In this document: one piece after another, positions 10,193-18,976 of the stretch
Layout of the letters: every line of letters begins with the position of its first letter
Position numbering within the stretch: the stretch's first letter is position 1
NCBI GenBank assembly: GCA_900315225.1
Contig: OMYM01000142.1
Location: 19,919-83,918, forward strand
From: an uncultured Erysipelotrichaceae bacterium
GTDB taxonomy: Bacteria > Bacillota_I > Bacilli_A > Erysipelotrichales > Erysipelotrichaceae
Length of the DNA: 64,000 nucleotides
Direction: 5' to 3'
The notes under the pieces: generated by a model
The model's database searches: none
What the model saw: only the letters and a program-made list of their open reading frames with translations
Told to the model about the DNA's origin: nothing
Translations under genes and position numbers: made by a program

Positions 10193-10402
10193 TCATTCAT
10201 AGTACGGTTCATCATCGTCCTCTTCCCCATACTGGTCATCCATGCTCTCATAAAAACTGTAGTATCTCTCCTGGCTCCTTTTCATCATTTCGTCGTGATG
10301 GCGGTCGGTAACAACAAACAACGTGTAGAACCCTCCGACAGTCAAGGCGATCAGGACTAAAAGCGAGACAACATCACTGATTGATTCCAACATATCTATC
10401 AC
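10193..10402 (-). CDS. Small single-TM protein with acidic tail
   Basis: Hydrophobic N-terminal helix followed by a D/E/Y-rich tail. Fills the gap in a same-strand gene run; the start may be ATG 10393. Confidence 0.6.
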   Translation of the reverse strand: MIDMLESISDVVSLLVLIALTVGGFYTLFVVTDRHHDEMMKRSQERYYSFYESMDDQYGEEDDDEPYYE

Positions 10403-10451
10403 CCTCTTCGCAAATAGCGCTAGACATTATCCCATCGCAACATTCACCTGT

Positions 10452-10970
10452 CTATCGTTGTGCATATTTCTTCAAGAAGTCTGCTCCCTTTAGGGTTTCC
10501 CTGCCGCTAAGATGCGGAAATCCAAGTTGTTCCAGGACAACATAGGAAACAATCGCCACGCAATTGGAAAGGTTCAGGCTGCGTGCTTCGGGAACCATAG
10601 GTATGCGCATGCATTTATCCAAATGCGCCGCAAGAATCTCCTTTGGAATCCCAGTGCTTTCTTTGCCGAAGACAAGATAAATGTCATTCTTTGCCGCAGT
10701 ATAGTCGAAAGAAGACGGTGCTTTTTCGCCATAACGCGTGACGAAGTAGAAATCACCCTTGTTCTCACGCAGGAAATCATTCCACGAAGGATGAATCTGA
10801 TACACGACGTTTTTTCGATAATCAAGCCCAGCGCGCTTTAAATGCGCGTCATCCATGATAAATCCCAGAGGCTCGATCAGATGCAGCTGCATTTGGAACG
10901 CCATGCATGTCCGCATGATATTCCCGGTATTCTGCGGGATCTCCGGCTCATATAAGACGATATGAATCAT
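10452..10970 (-). CDS. trmL: tRNA (cytidine(34)-2'-O)-methyltransferase
   Basis: PEIPQNTGNI.R, RAGLDY, FGKESTG, RSLNLSN SPOUT motifs. Confidence 0.93.
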   Translation of the reverse strand: MIHIVLYEPEIPQNTGNIMRTCMAFQMQLHLIEPLGFIMDDAHLKRAGLDYRKNVVYQIHPSWNDFLRENKGDFYFVTRYGEKAPSSFDYTAAKNDIYLVFGKESTGIPKEILAAHLDKCMRIPMVPEARSLNLSNCVAIVSYVVLEQLGFPHLSGRETLKGADFLKKYAQR

Positions 10971-11644
10971 GCCTTTTTCCTATTGAAATACCAAGCGATT
11001 GAGAACAAGGCACCGACAATGACCACAAACATCGCAATGATTCCCATCACCAGATCCGAGAAGAAGTTCTCAGGGAACATGTTGATCATGATCGAGACAT
11101 TGGGGTCCAGAAGAAACAGGTCATTGTCGAAGAAGACATAGTGAAAGTTCATCCAAAACGCATTGAAATCCAATAATGCGTAGAACAATATCGCGCCAAC
11201 AATCATCCCTATCGCCAGCAAACCACTTTTCAGGCCATGCCACGCGAGCGAGGCAAAGTCTTTTTTTTCCATGTAATACAACGCTCCCAAAAGCACAAGC
11301 GATGCTCCAGCTAGCGCATTGCGCGCCAAAACAGCATTGCGATAGAGGTTTTTCACATCGATCATGTGCAGTGTTTCACGCTGGTCAAAAATTTCACGCA
11401 CATACCCATTCACTTCCGCCGTGCAAACGATATCGTCCCTTCTGTCCTTGAGATAGTCCAACAAGGTATCCGTTGCATTCATGAGATCTGAATCGCTCAT
11501 GCCGATTCTTTCCGCTGTATTGTCTCGCCCGTATTCATATTCATAGAAAGAACGGCGAAAACTCAACGTGTCTATGACCGTCAACAAGATGGCAACGAGT
11601 CCAAAAAAACACGCTAGCGACCCAATGAACCTACGCAGCTTCAT
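10967..11644 (-). CDS. Integral membrane protein (TIGR01906/DUF1461-like)
   Basis: RE..HM.DVK.L and F..FH..FF.ND.F.LDP...MI..FPE.FF motifs. Confidence 0.8.
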   Translation of the reverse strand: MKLRRFIGSLACFFGLVAILLTVIDTLSFRRSFYEYEYGRDNTAERIGMSDSDLMNATDTLLDYLKDRRDDIVCTAEVNGYVREIFDQRETLHMIDVKNLYRNAVLARNALAGASLVLLGALYYMEKKDFASLAWHGLKSGLLAIGMIVGAILFYALLDFNAFWMNFHYVFFDNDLFLLDPNVSIMINMFPENFFSDLVMGIIAMFVVIVGALFSIAWYFNRKKA

Positions 11645-12224
11645 TTTCCAGCCATGACTCCAGTCTTCTCACAGCCTTTCCCCGATGGGATATGCCGTTT
11701 TTTTCATCCTTCGTCATCTGCGCCATGGTCTTTCCATAAGGAGGATAAAATACAATTGGATCATAGCCAAAGCCATTCTCACCCATCGGTTCATTGGCGA
11801 TCATGCATTCAACCGTATCGACAAACACAACTGGGTCGTGGTCTTTTCGCGTCACCGCAATGGCACAGACATATCGGCACGATCTGTTTTCCTTGCCCTT
11901 CATCATCTCCAGCACAGTCTGGTTTTTCTTGTCATATGATGTGTCATGCCCCAACCAGCGAGCGCTTTCCACTCCTGGTTTCTTGCCAAAAGCATCGATC
12001 TCCAGCCCAGAGTCGTCTGAAACCGCCATGATGCCATAGCGGTCTGTCAAAGCCTGCGCCTTGATAATCGCGTTTTCACGAAATGTCTTTCCCGTTTCCT
12101 CTATTTCGGGCATGTCGGGAAAATCCGCCATGCTTTTGACGATATATCCCCTCGGTTCAAGAATTTCCCTGAACTCACGGATCTTTCCCATGTTGCCAGA
12201 GGCAACAACGATTATTTTCTCCAT
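11631..12224 (-). CDS. rdgB: Non-canonical purine NTP pyrophosphatase (RdgB/HAM1)
   Basis: ASGN.GKIRE, EETG.TF.ENA..KA, SDDSGL, GFGYDP, ISHRGKA. Confidence 0.93.
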   Translation of the reverse strand: MEKIIVVASGNMGKIREFREILEPRGYIVKSMADFPDMPEIEETGKTFRENAIIKAQALTDRYGIMAVSDDSGLEIDAFGKKPGVESARWLGHDTSYDKKNQTVLEMMKGKENRSCRYVCAIAVTRKDHDPVVFVDTVECMIANEPMGENGFGYDPIVFYPPYGKTMAQMTKDEKNGISHRGKAVRRLESWLENEAA

Positions 12225-12247
12225 GTCTTCCATCTCCCGCTTGACCA

Positions 12248-13150
12248 TCACAACCGTCCTGTCAGTTCGCGGAAATTATACACCGCGCCATATGTGCGAG
12301 AATTGCTGTGGAATGTGCACTCTCGGATTATCGGCGGGAAAATGTTATGGAATGGCGCTTCATCGAATTTCTTATGCACTGCCTTCTCGATCATCTTCAA
12401 AAGACCGGGATCGTTCGCCAAAGCGCCGCCTATGACACATACCTCAGCATCTACAACGCACTGTATGTTGTATATGAATGTTGCCAATCTATCCAAGAAC
12501 ATTTCTACGCCGCGCGTGACATCTTCATCGCCCATCGAAACCTTGGACATGATGCGCAGGAAATTCAGGTTTTTCTTTCCCGAAACCTTTTCAACAATGC
12601 TCGCCAGCTTGTCGGGATTACAAGCAAGTGCAAACATGTCCTGGATGCCATCTTTCTCTTCATAATCGCCACGCATGTATGAGAATTCGCCTGCCGCGAA
12701 ATTCTGCCCATTCAACAGTTTTCCATCAACAACAACGGCGCCACCAATCCCGGTATTCAAGATCATTAACATAATGCCGTTTTTTACGCGTTTCAGCGAT
12801 CCATAGCCCATTTCCGCCATGCAAGCCGCCTTTGCGTCATTCGCAATGACAACAGGCATTCCAACATAGTCGGAAAGTTCTTTGGCATAAGGCATTTCAC
12901 GCACCCATTCGTAAACACCTCCACTATGGGCAATACCATTTTGCCTATCGATGACGCCGGGCATGGTCACAGAAAGCCCTTCGACGCCATCGCGGTAACG
13001 GTCACAGATTTTCTTGATTGGCTCGAATACCTCCTCTTTTCTTTCAATTCCAGTATATTCATTTCCCTGTTCCAATATATCCAGCTCATCCGTCACAATG
13101 ACATAACGAAGCTTGGAGCGGTCCAGGTTCACAACCAGATATTTATCCAT
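12248..13150 (-). CDS. ROK family protein (divergent)
   Basis: PG.ID, NDAKAA..AE...G, TGIGGA, AGEF motifs; the N-terminal DxGGT motif is degenerate. Confidence 0.8.
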   Translation of the reverse strand: MDKYLVVNLDRSKLRYVIVTDELDILEQGNEYTGIERKEEVFEPIKKICDRYRDGVEGLSVTMPGVIDRQNGIAHSGGVYEWVREMPYAKELSDYVGMPVVIANDAKAACMAEMGYGSLKRVKNGIMLMILNTGIGGAVVVDGKLLNGQNFAAGEFSYMRGDYEEKDGIQDMFALACNPDKLASIVEKVSGKKNLNFLRIMSKVSMGDEDVTRGVEMFLDRLATFIYNIQCVVDAEVCVIGGALANDPGLLKMIEKAVHKKFDEAPFHNIFPPIIRECTFHSNSRTYGAVYNFRELTGRL

Positions 13151-13217
13151 GAGATTTCTCCTTTTCTTCCACTATTATCAATATTGTAGCTTTTTCCCGA
13201 ATGGAATGAAAGCAGTT

Positions 13218-13988
13218 TCAAACAAACATATATGCCTGCTTGCGCACGGCAAACCAAAGAAGGCTTCCATCCTCTACTTCCTCATCCGTTTCCAGCCGCA
13301 ACGCCTCAAAACCCAATCGCTCTATGATATGGGCATTGAGAATCCTGGTTGGTTCATCTTTCATGGAATACACATAGGTGGATTCCATTTTGTCTGGTCC
13401 ATAGCACGGCAAATCGGGGTCAAGAGATATGCACGAACATACAACGTCATAGTCTTCTCTTGAAGAAACCGATCTCTCCACCATGGACATCATATGACGT
13501 GCTATGCCTTTGCGCCTGAAATCAATGGAAACATACATGTTGGAATACAACAAGAGATCGACTTCCTCCTCGTACGCAAGATCCTTTTCTTGGCATGTAA
13601 ACGCATCGCCATACAACAGCTCCCCCAGTATCACCGCTTCCCAATATAGCCAATCACTTTCTTTCTCAAGACAAGAAAAAACCTTTGGGTTGAACAATTC
13701 ACTGGATGACATGTGGTACGCGCAAATATCCGCTATGACTGTGTCTTTTGCAAACACGAAAGCCAGGACAAGGTCAACGGCAGGGTCATCGACATACCGC
13801 CTTGCCCGTGCGCCATCGTTGAGAAGAAAAGGCAATGTGAAAAGACAATAGACAAGGCCATCTTTTTCTTCGATGACATACCCTCCGCGTTTCTCGTAGG
13901 CGGACATCATTTCCCCATGGTCAATTGATAGCCATTGGCGAATTGTCTTCAACGACAAATCCAGATACTTTTCAGCAATCTTTTTCAT
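13218..13988 (-). CDS. GNAT-like hypothetical protein
   Basis: YV...FRRKGIA acetyl-CoA-binding motif A and a later ERLGF motif. Confidence 0.6.
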   Translation of the reverse strand: MKKIAEKYLDLSLKTIRQWLSIDHGEMMSAYEKRGGYVIEEKDGLVYCLFTLPFLLNDGARARRYVDDPAVDLVLAFVFAKDTVIADICAYHMSSSELFNPKVFSCLEKESDWLYWEAVILGELLYGDAFTCQEKDLAYEEEVDLLLYSNMYVSIDFRRKGIARHMMSMVERSVSSREDYDVVCSCISLDPDLPCYGPDKMESTYVYSMKDEPTRILNAHIIERLGFEALRLETDEEVEDGSLLWFAVRKQAYMFV

Positions 13989-14077
13989 GTTTCATATTAT
14001 AGCGCGTGCGATTTTCCCCAGGCAATCACGAAAATCCGCCCTCTCGGATTTTTTTTGCATTTTTTTCGAAAAAACAC

Positions 14078-14106
14078 TTGCAAAGTCCCCCAACTTGGAG
14101 TATTAT
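14078..14106 (+). promoter_or_regulatory. Sigma-A promoter for tRNA-Gln-gltX
   Basis: TTGCAA-17 bp-TATTAT. Confidence 0.7.
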
Positions 14107-14120
14107 ATCTAAGCACTGAT

Positions 14121-14193
14121 TGGGATATAGCCAAGCGGTAAGGCAGCTGGCTCTGAACCAGCCATTTCGGGAGTTCGAATCTCTCTATCCCAG
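14121..14193 (+). tRNA. tRNA-Gln (CTG)
   Basis: Cloverleaf: TGGGATA/TATCCCA acceptor, GCTGG-CTCTGAA-CCAGC anticodon arm, GTTCGAATC T-loop. Followed by GCCT, so CCA is not fully encoded. Confidence 0.95.
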
Positions 14194-14276
14194 CCTGATA
14201 TGAACCGGTCTGTTGACCGGTTTTATTTTTTGGCAGGCTCATGTGCAGAGAATGATCAGAATAAGGAGATTTCAAC

Positions 14277-15734
14277 ATGGCAATCAGAACAAGATTTGCG
14301 CCAAGCCCGACAGGGTATATGCATATTGGCAATCTTCGCACCGCCCTCTACGCATACTTGGTCGCAAAAAAAGACCCGGAGGGAGTATTCATCCTCCGCA
14401 TTGAAGATACCGACCAAGGAAGGCTTGTCGAAGGAGCGACTGACATTATCTACGATACAATGCGTTCTTGCGGTCTAAAGCATGATGAAGGTCCAGACGT
14501 TGGCGGCGAGGTTGGACCATACGTGCAATCTGACAGAGTCAGAAGCGGTCTTTACCTTGAATACGCCAAGAAGTTGATCACAAGGGGCGGCGCTCATTAT
14601 TGCTTCTGCGACCAGAAAACAATTGACGCCGAAAGAGAGCAGACAACCGCTGAGGGCGGAAGTTTCAAATACGACGACCCTTGCAAAAAGCTTTCTATTG
14701 AGGAATGCGAGGCGCGCATTGCGGCAGGCGTGAAATATGTCATCCGCCAAACCGTTCCGACAGAAGGCACCACATCTTTCGAGGATGAGGTATTCGGAAC
14801 AATTACCGTGGATAACGAAACATTGGATGAGCAGGTCTTGATGAAAAGCGATGGCTTTCCGACATACAACTTTGCAAATGTCATCGACGACCATCTGATG
14901 GGTATCACGGATGTTGTCAGAGGCATGGAGTATCTTAGCTCCACCCCAAAGTACAACCTGATCTATGAGGCGTTCGGCTGGGACATCCCGCGCTACATCC
15001 ACTGCCCACCTGTCATGAAAGACGAACATAACAAGCTCTCAAAGAGAAATGGCGATGCATCTTTCCAAGACTTGATGGAAAAAGGATATCTGCCTGGCGC
15101 CGTTTTGAACTACATTGCTTTGCTTGGCTGGGCACCTGAGGAAGACAAGGAAATCTATACGCTTGACGAACTGGTGAAGGCGTTTAACGTAAAGCGCATC
15201 GGAACGTCTGGCGCAATCTTTGATCCAGAAAAACTGAAATGGATCAATGGAATGTGGCTAAGGGGAATGGATCTCGACACCTACTACGAGACGGTCAAAG
15301 ACTACATTGATCAAGGTGTAAAAGGCGATTTCAACAAAAAAGAAATCGCCGCGATTGTTCAGCCGCGCGCAAACACACTGACGGAAATCCCTGGAATGCT
15401 TGGCTTCTTCGATTCCTTTCCATCCTATGACAATAGCTTGTATGTAAACAAGAAGATGAAAACCAACGAAAAGGTCGCATTGTCATCTTTGCGCGCCGTC
15501 AGGGATGCGCTAGCAAGCCATGACGAGTGGACAATGCAGCCACTGCATGATCGTCTGATGCAGGTTCCTAAGGATCTTGGCATTAAGAACGGGCAAGTCC
15601 TCTTCCCCCTTCGTCTTGCGATTACCGGAACACAAGTTACGCCAGGCGGCGCGATAGAAATCGCATTGATCCTAGGCAAGCAGGAAACACTTCATCGCTT
15701 GGATATATCCATCGCCCAGTTGACAAACGCATAG
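14277..15734 (+). CDS. gltX: Glutamate--tRNA ligase
   Basis: RFAPSPTG, HIGN, LRIEDTD, KLSKR; AAGGAG RBS. Confidence 0.96.
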   Translation: MAIRTRFAPSPTGYMHIGNLRTALYAYLVAKKDPEGVFILRIEDTDQGRLVEGATDIIYDTMRSCGLKHDEGPDVGGEVGPYVQSDRVRSGLYLEYAKKLITRGGAHYCFCDQKTIDAEREQTTAEGGSFKYDDPCKKLSIEECEARIAAGVKYVIRQTVPTEGTTSFEDEVFGTITVDNETLDEQVLMKSDGFPTYNFANVIDDHLMGITDVVRGMEYLSSTPKYNLIYEAFGWDIPRYIHCPPVMKDEHNKLSKRNGDASFQDLMEKGYLPGAVLNYIALLGWAPEEDKEIYTLDELVKAFNVKRIGTSGAIFDPEKLKWINGMWLRGMDLDTYYETVKDYIDQGVKGDFNKKEIAAIVQPRANTLTEIPGMLGFFDSFPSYDNSLYVNKKMKTNEKVALSSLRAVRDALASHDEWTMQPLHDRLMQVPKDLGIKNGQVLFPLRLAITGTQVTPGGAIEIALILGKQETLHRLDISIAQLTNA

Positions 15735-15739
15735 CAATT

Positions 15740-15768
15740 AAAAAAGCCCAAGTGAATTGGGCTTTTTT
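15740..15768. terminator. Bidirectional terminator between gltX and the fem gene
   Basis: aaaaagcccaa-gtgaa-ttgggctttttt. Confidence 0.8.
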
Positions 15769-16993
15769 AATGCTTCGAGCGGATTTTTGCGGCTTGTTTC
15801 AAAACAAACGGATATACTTCATCAAAAGCCTTGTACATCACAGGATCCAAGACGATATTGAACTCGCCTATATACTCCTCGACATCCATCAACCAGCTAG
15901 ACTTAAACTTAGTCAATCCGTCTTCCAGCGTTCCTTCCACGCCACCCATGGATACATATCTGATGCCTCTTTCCAAGGCAAAGTCCATATATGTCTTATA
16001 CAGAAGATAGCTTGCGCGCAAGCGCAGATACTCTGCGTTATTCCCCATATAGACAAACTCCATGCGGTTTTTGTTGTAGATTGCAAGTTTTCCCGCAAGA
16101 ATGATTTCATCCTTCTGCTCTTTCTCCATGTCAGTCTTCAAAATATCCAAGTCTTTTTTGTCGTTGTTAATTTTCTGAAGCAAAAGATTCTTCTGCTTCT
16201 TATACTGGCATGTCTCAAGCTCGGCGCTTGCTGCAGCAATGTCCTGCTCAAGGATTTCGATCTGTTCGCGAAAATTAAGTTTTGCAACAGCAACGATGCA
16301 TTCATCGCCATAAACTTCTGCCATATGGCGGAAATAGTCTTCATTCCTCAATGCAACGCCTTTTCTTTGTTCCGTGTAATGCATTGCCTCGGCGAACTCA
16401 TGAATGTATTCGTGGCCAATGTATAGCTTTGCGCCTTTCTTCTCTGCCGTATGGATCGATTGCTTTGTCTTGTGGTCAAGCAGCGACATATAGTTGTCTG
16501 GCAGATTCAATGCAGCGTTGAAGCGTGGTTGCGTCGCCTCTTCAATCATTGTCGTATACCCCTTGTGTCGCGCGCCACAACGCTTTAATAGTTCCACGAC
16601 ATCCTGGTTGTCATATGGGTGACTTTGATCTTTTTCAGCATATGGATATTTTCGAGAAAAAACATTCGGATCGAAGCGAATGCATATCGCATGTCTGCTT
16701 TTCGCAAGCTTTTTCAACTCGTCTAAATAGAACGACACCAGCTCAGGATTATGGTAATCCATGACGGGACCGCGCGGGATATAAAACAGCGTTTTGCCCA
16801 AAGGCAGTTTTCTAATCAACACCAATGCGCTGGCTACAATATCGCCATCCAAGTCGGCATATGTAAAACAATGATCCCAGTTATCCTTTACATCAGCCCA
16901 TTTGGAACACTGGAACAATGAGTTCTGATCTGAACCCATGACAAACTCATCGATCATGGAACAGTCGCCATTAACATGAAACTGATAGCTCAT
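15767..16993 (-). CDS. FemAB/MurM family peptidoglycan bridge aminoacyltransferase
   Basis: LFQ..WA.VK.NW, YIPRGPV.DY, QPR, coiled-coil insert, GL.KFK.S...EEYIGEF. Start after GGAGG. Confidence 0.9.
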   Translation of the reverse strand: MSYQFHVNGDCSMIDEFVMGSDQNSLFQCSKWADVKDNWDHCFTYADLDGDIVASALVLIRKLPLGKTLFYIPRGPVMDYHNPELVSFYLDELKKLAKSRHAICIRFDPNVFSRKYPYAEKDQSHPYDNQDVVELLKRCGARHKGYTTMIEEATQPRFNAALNLPDNYMSLLDHKTKQSIHTAEKKGAKLYIGHEYIHEFAEAMHYTEQRKGVALRNEDYFRHMAEVYGDECIVAVAKLNFREQIEILEQDIAAASAELETCQYKKQKNLLLQKINNDKKDLDILKTDMEKEQKDEIILAGKLAIYNKNRMEFVYMGNNAEYLRLRASYLLYKTYMDFALERGIRYVSMGGVEGTLEDGLTKFKSSWLMDVEEYIGEFNIVLDPVMYKAFDEVYPFVLKQAAKIRSKH

Positions 16994-17034
16994 AAAACCT
17001 CCAAAAAAAATGATGTCCTCAAGGGACATCGATA

Positions 17035-17111
17035 TGGTGACGTGTACGGGATTCGAACCCGTGAATGCCGCCTTGAGAGGGCGGTGTGTTAAGCCGCTTC
17101 ACCAACACGCC
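17035..17111 (-). tRNA. tRNA-Glu (CTC)
   Basis: Reverse complement GGCGTGT...CCGCC-CTCTCAA-GGCGG...GTTCGAATC...ACACGTC-A-CCA. Confidence 0.95.
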
Positions 17112-17148
17112 AGCTTTGCTCGTAAGGGCTTCCCCTTAACGCCTATAT

Positions 17149-17177
17149 ACTATACACCATTTCATTTATTTTTGCAA
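17149..17177 (-). promoter_or_regulatory. Sigma-A promoter for tRNA-Glu
   Basis: TTGCAA-17 bp-TATAGT on the minus strand. Confidence 0.7.
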
Positions 17178-17266
17178 GAGGAAATTAGATTTTTTTCAAA
17201 AAAAACGTTCTATCTTCTGCAATCAATAAATAGTTGGCACAAAAAAACTGTACTTGCGTACAGTTT

Positions 17267-17632
17267 CTATGCCTTTGCTCCATCAAGCTGCTGCTTTGCG
17301 ACTTCAACGAGCGCCTCGAAGCCCTTCTCGTCATGAATAGCCATCTCAGAAAGCATTTTTCTGTTCAAGTTGATGTTCGCAAGCTTCAGACCATGCATAA
17401 ACCTAGAGTAGCTCATGTCATAGCGATGAACCGCCGCATTGATACGGGCAATCCAGAGCTTGCGCATGTTGCGCTTCAGCTGTTTTCTACCGATATATGA
17501 ATACTTCAAGGAGTGCATGACTTGTTCATGCGCTGTCCTGTATAGCAGATGCTTGCTTCCAAAATAACCTTTAGCAAGCTTCAAGATCCTCTTACGTCTG
17601 CGACGTGTTGGTGTTCCGCCTTTAACTCTCAT
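17267..17632 (-). CDS. rplT: 50S ribosomal protein L20
   Basis: [42 protein letters not shown]. Confidence 0.97.
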   Translation of the reverse strand: MRVKGGTPTRRRRKRILKLAKGYFGSKHLLYRTAHEQVMHSLKYSYIGRKQLKRNMRKLWIARINAAVHRYDMSYSRFMHGLKLANINLNRKMLSEMAIHDEKGFEALVEVAKQQLDGAKA

Positions 17633-17649
17633 CTTATATTACCTCCTAA

Positions 17650-17871
17650 TTAGCCCTGCAGCAGTTCCTTGTCACGCTTGTAGTCAGCTTTGGAAACTAT
17701 CGTTGTCTTTCTCAAATGCATCTTCTGCTTGTGGCTCTTATTATGCGCAAAGTGAGATACATAGTTGTGCTGAACCTTCATTTTTCCCGTTCCCGTGATC
17801 TTGACGCGTTTTGCGAAGGTCTTCTTCGTCTTCATCTTTGTCTTCTTTGGCTTCCTTGCTTTAGCTTTCAT
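17650..17871 (-). CDS. rpmI: 50S ribosomal protein L35
   Basis: KMKT.K..AKR.K.TG.GK, H...KS.KQK..LR; position between infC and rplT. Confidence 0.92.
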   Translation of the reverse strand: MKAKARKPKKTKMKTKKTFAKRVKITGTGKMKVQHNYVSHFAHNKSHKQKMHLRKTTIVSKADYKRDKELLQG

Positions 17872-17882
17872 GTTTATCTCCT

Positions 17883-18434
17883 CTACTTACTACTTTTCTT
17901 AGGCGAATAAATCACAGAAAGTGTATTGCCCTCCATGTTGGCGGGCTTGCTCACCTCTGCAATATCCGAGATCTGCTCGGTAAACTCATTGATAACTTCT
18001 CTTCCAACTTCCTGGCGCGTAATCATTCTGCCACGGAACCTCATGTCAATCCTAACCTTCTGACCATCTGCGATCCACTCGCGGGCACGATTCAGCTTTG
18101 TCTCAAAATCGTGGTCGTCGATAACAGGTGAAACACGCAATGCCTTGATTTCAGTGATGTGCTGATTCTTCTTTGCCTCACGCGTTTTTTTCTGTTCCTC
18201 AAAACGATATCTACCGTAATCGAGAATCTTGCAAACAGGAACCTTCGCCTGCGGTGCAACGCACAGCAGATCCAATTCCATTTCATATGCTTTTTCAAGC
18301 GCTTCGCGGCGCATCATTACGCCAAGTTGCTCACCGTCAGGACCGATCACAAGAACCTCGCGGAAACGGATATCATCGTTCACCATGTCCTGTGGCTCTT
18401 TCCTACGGTTTTTGTTGTTTTTGATCTTTCCCAA
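17883..18434 (-). CDS. infC: Translation initiation factor IF-3
   Basis: N..IR..EV.VIG.DGEQLG, PVCKILDYG, D.HD...K, FRGR. GGAGG is followed by TTG at 18434 (non-ATG start). Confidence 0.94.
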   Translation of the reverse strand: MGKIKNNKNRRKEPQDMVNDDIRFREVLVIGPDGEQLGVMMRREALEKAYEMELDLLCVAPQAKVPVCKILDYGRYRFEEQKKTREAKKNQHITEIKALRVSPVIDDHDFETKLNRAREWIADGQKVRIDMRFRGRMITRQEVGREVINEFTEQISDIAEVSKPANMEGNTLSVIYSPKKSSK

Positions 18435-18454
18435 GCAAACCTCCCTAATATAAT

Positions 18455-18565
18455 TGAAAAGCAGACGCAAAGCGCCTGCTGAACTAACCAAGTGATCTTG
18501 ATCGGCTCTAAACCCAAGTCCTTTGGACTTCAGGTGAGAAGCGGCGCTTCTTCTTTCCGTTTTCA
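18455..18565 (-). promoter_or_regulatory. L20 leader RNA
   Basis: AGAAGCGCCGCTTCTCACCTG...CAGCAGGCGCTTTGCGTCTGCTTTT upstream of infC-rpmI-rplT resembles the Firmicute L20 leader. Confidence 0.75.
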
Positions 18566-18577
18566 AATTACCTATGT

Positions 18578-18606
18578 ATTAAACTACTGTTTTGAATTTT
18601 TGTCAA
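18578..18606 (-). promoter_or_regulatory. Sigma-A promoter of the infC operon
   Basis: TTGACA-17 bp-TTTAAT. Confidence 0.72.
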
Positions 18607-18608
18607 GC

Positions 18609-18935
18609 CTAAATTTCAATTCCAGTAACATTTACCTTCACTTCGCTTGCCTTGAACCCTGTCATGAACAAAATATTCTCATACACCTTGTTCTGCAGAA
18701 GCTCACATGTCTGGTTGACATTCGCTCCATACTTGATATTGATGGATGTCTCCACATGCAAGCGGTTATTTTCTATCTTTACCTGCAGTGGCTTCGAGAA
18801 CCTTGTTTCAGGCAATCTTACCGCATTCTCAATCTCATCAATACTGATGTCGGCAATCGCCTGGAACACCGACTTGTTGATCGCGATCATGCCGATCCCA
18901 ATGTCATTGTTCAGTTTTACATAATCTTGCGCCAT
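18609..18935 (-). CDS. Asp23/Gls24 family protein
   Basis: G.I.I...V...IA, YG.NV......LQ..V...I..MTG....V.V.V.GI. Confidence 0.88.
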   Translation of the reverse strand: MAQDYVKLNNDIGIGMIAINKSVFQAIADISIDEIENAVRLPETRFSKPLQVKIENNRLHVETSINIKYGANVNQTCELLQNKVYENILFMTGFKASEVKVNVTGIEI

Positions 18936-18976
18936 ACATTTACCTCACACATGGCTATTATAGCAGTATTGCCCAT

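Noticed and set aside
13990-17260. tRNA genes as integration sites for an island
   Set aside because: No integrase and no duplicated tRNA 3' end were seen, and the flanking genes are housekeeping.
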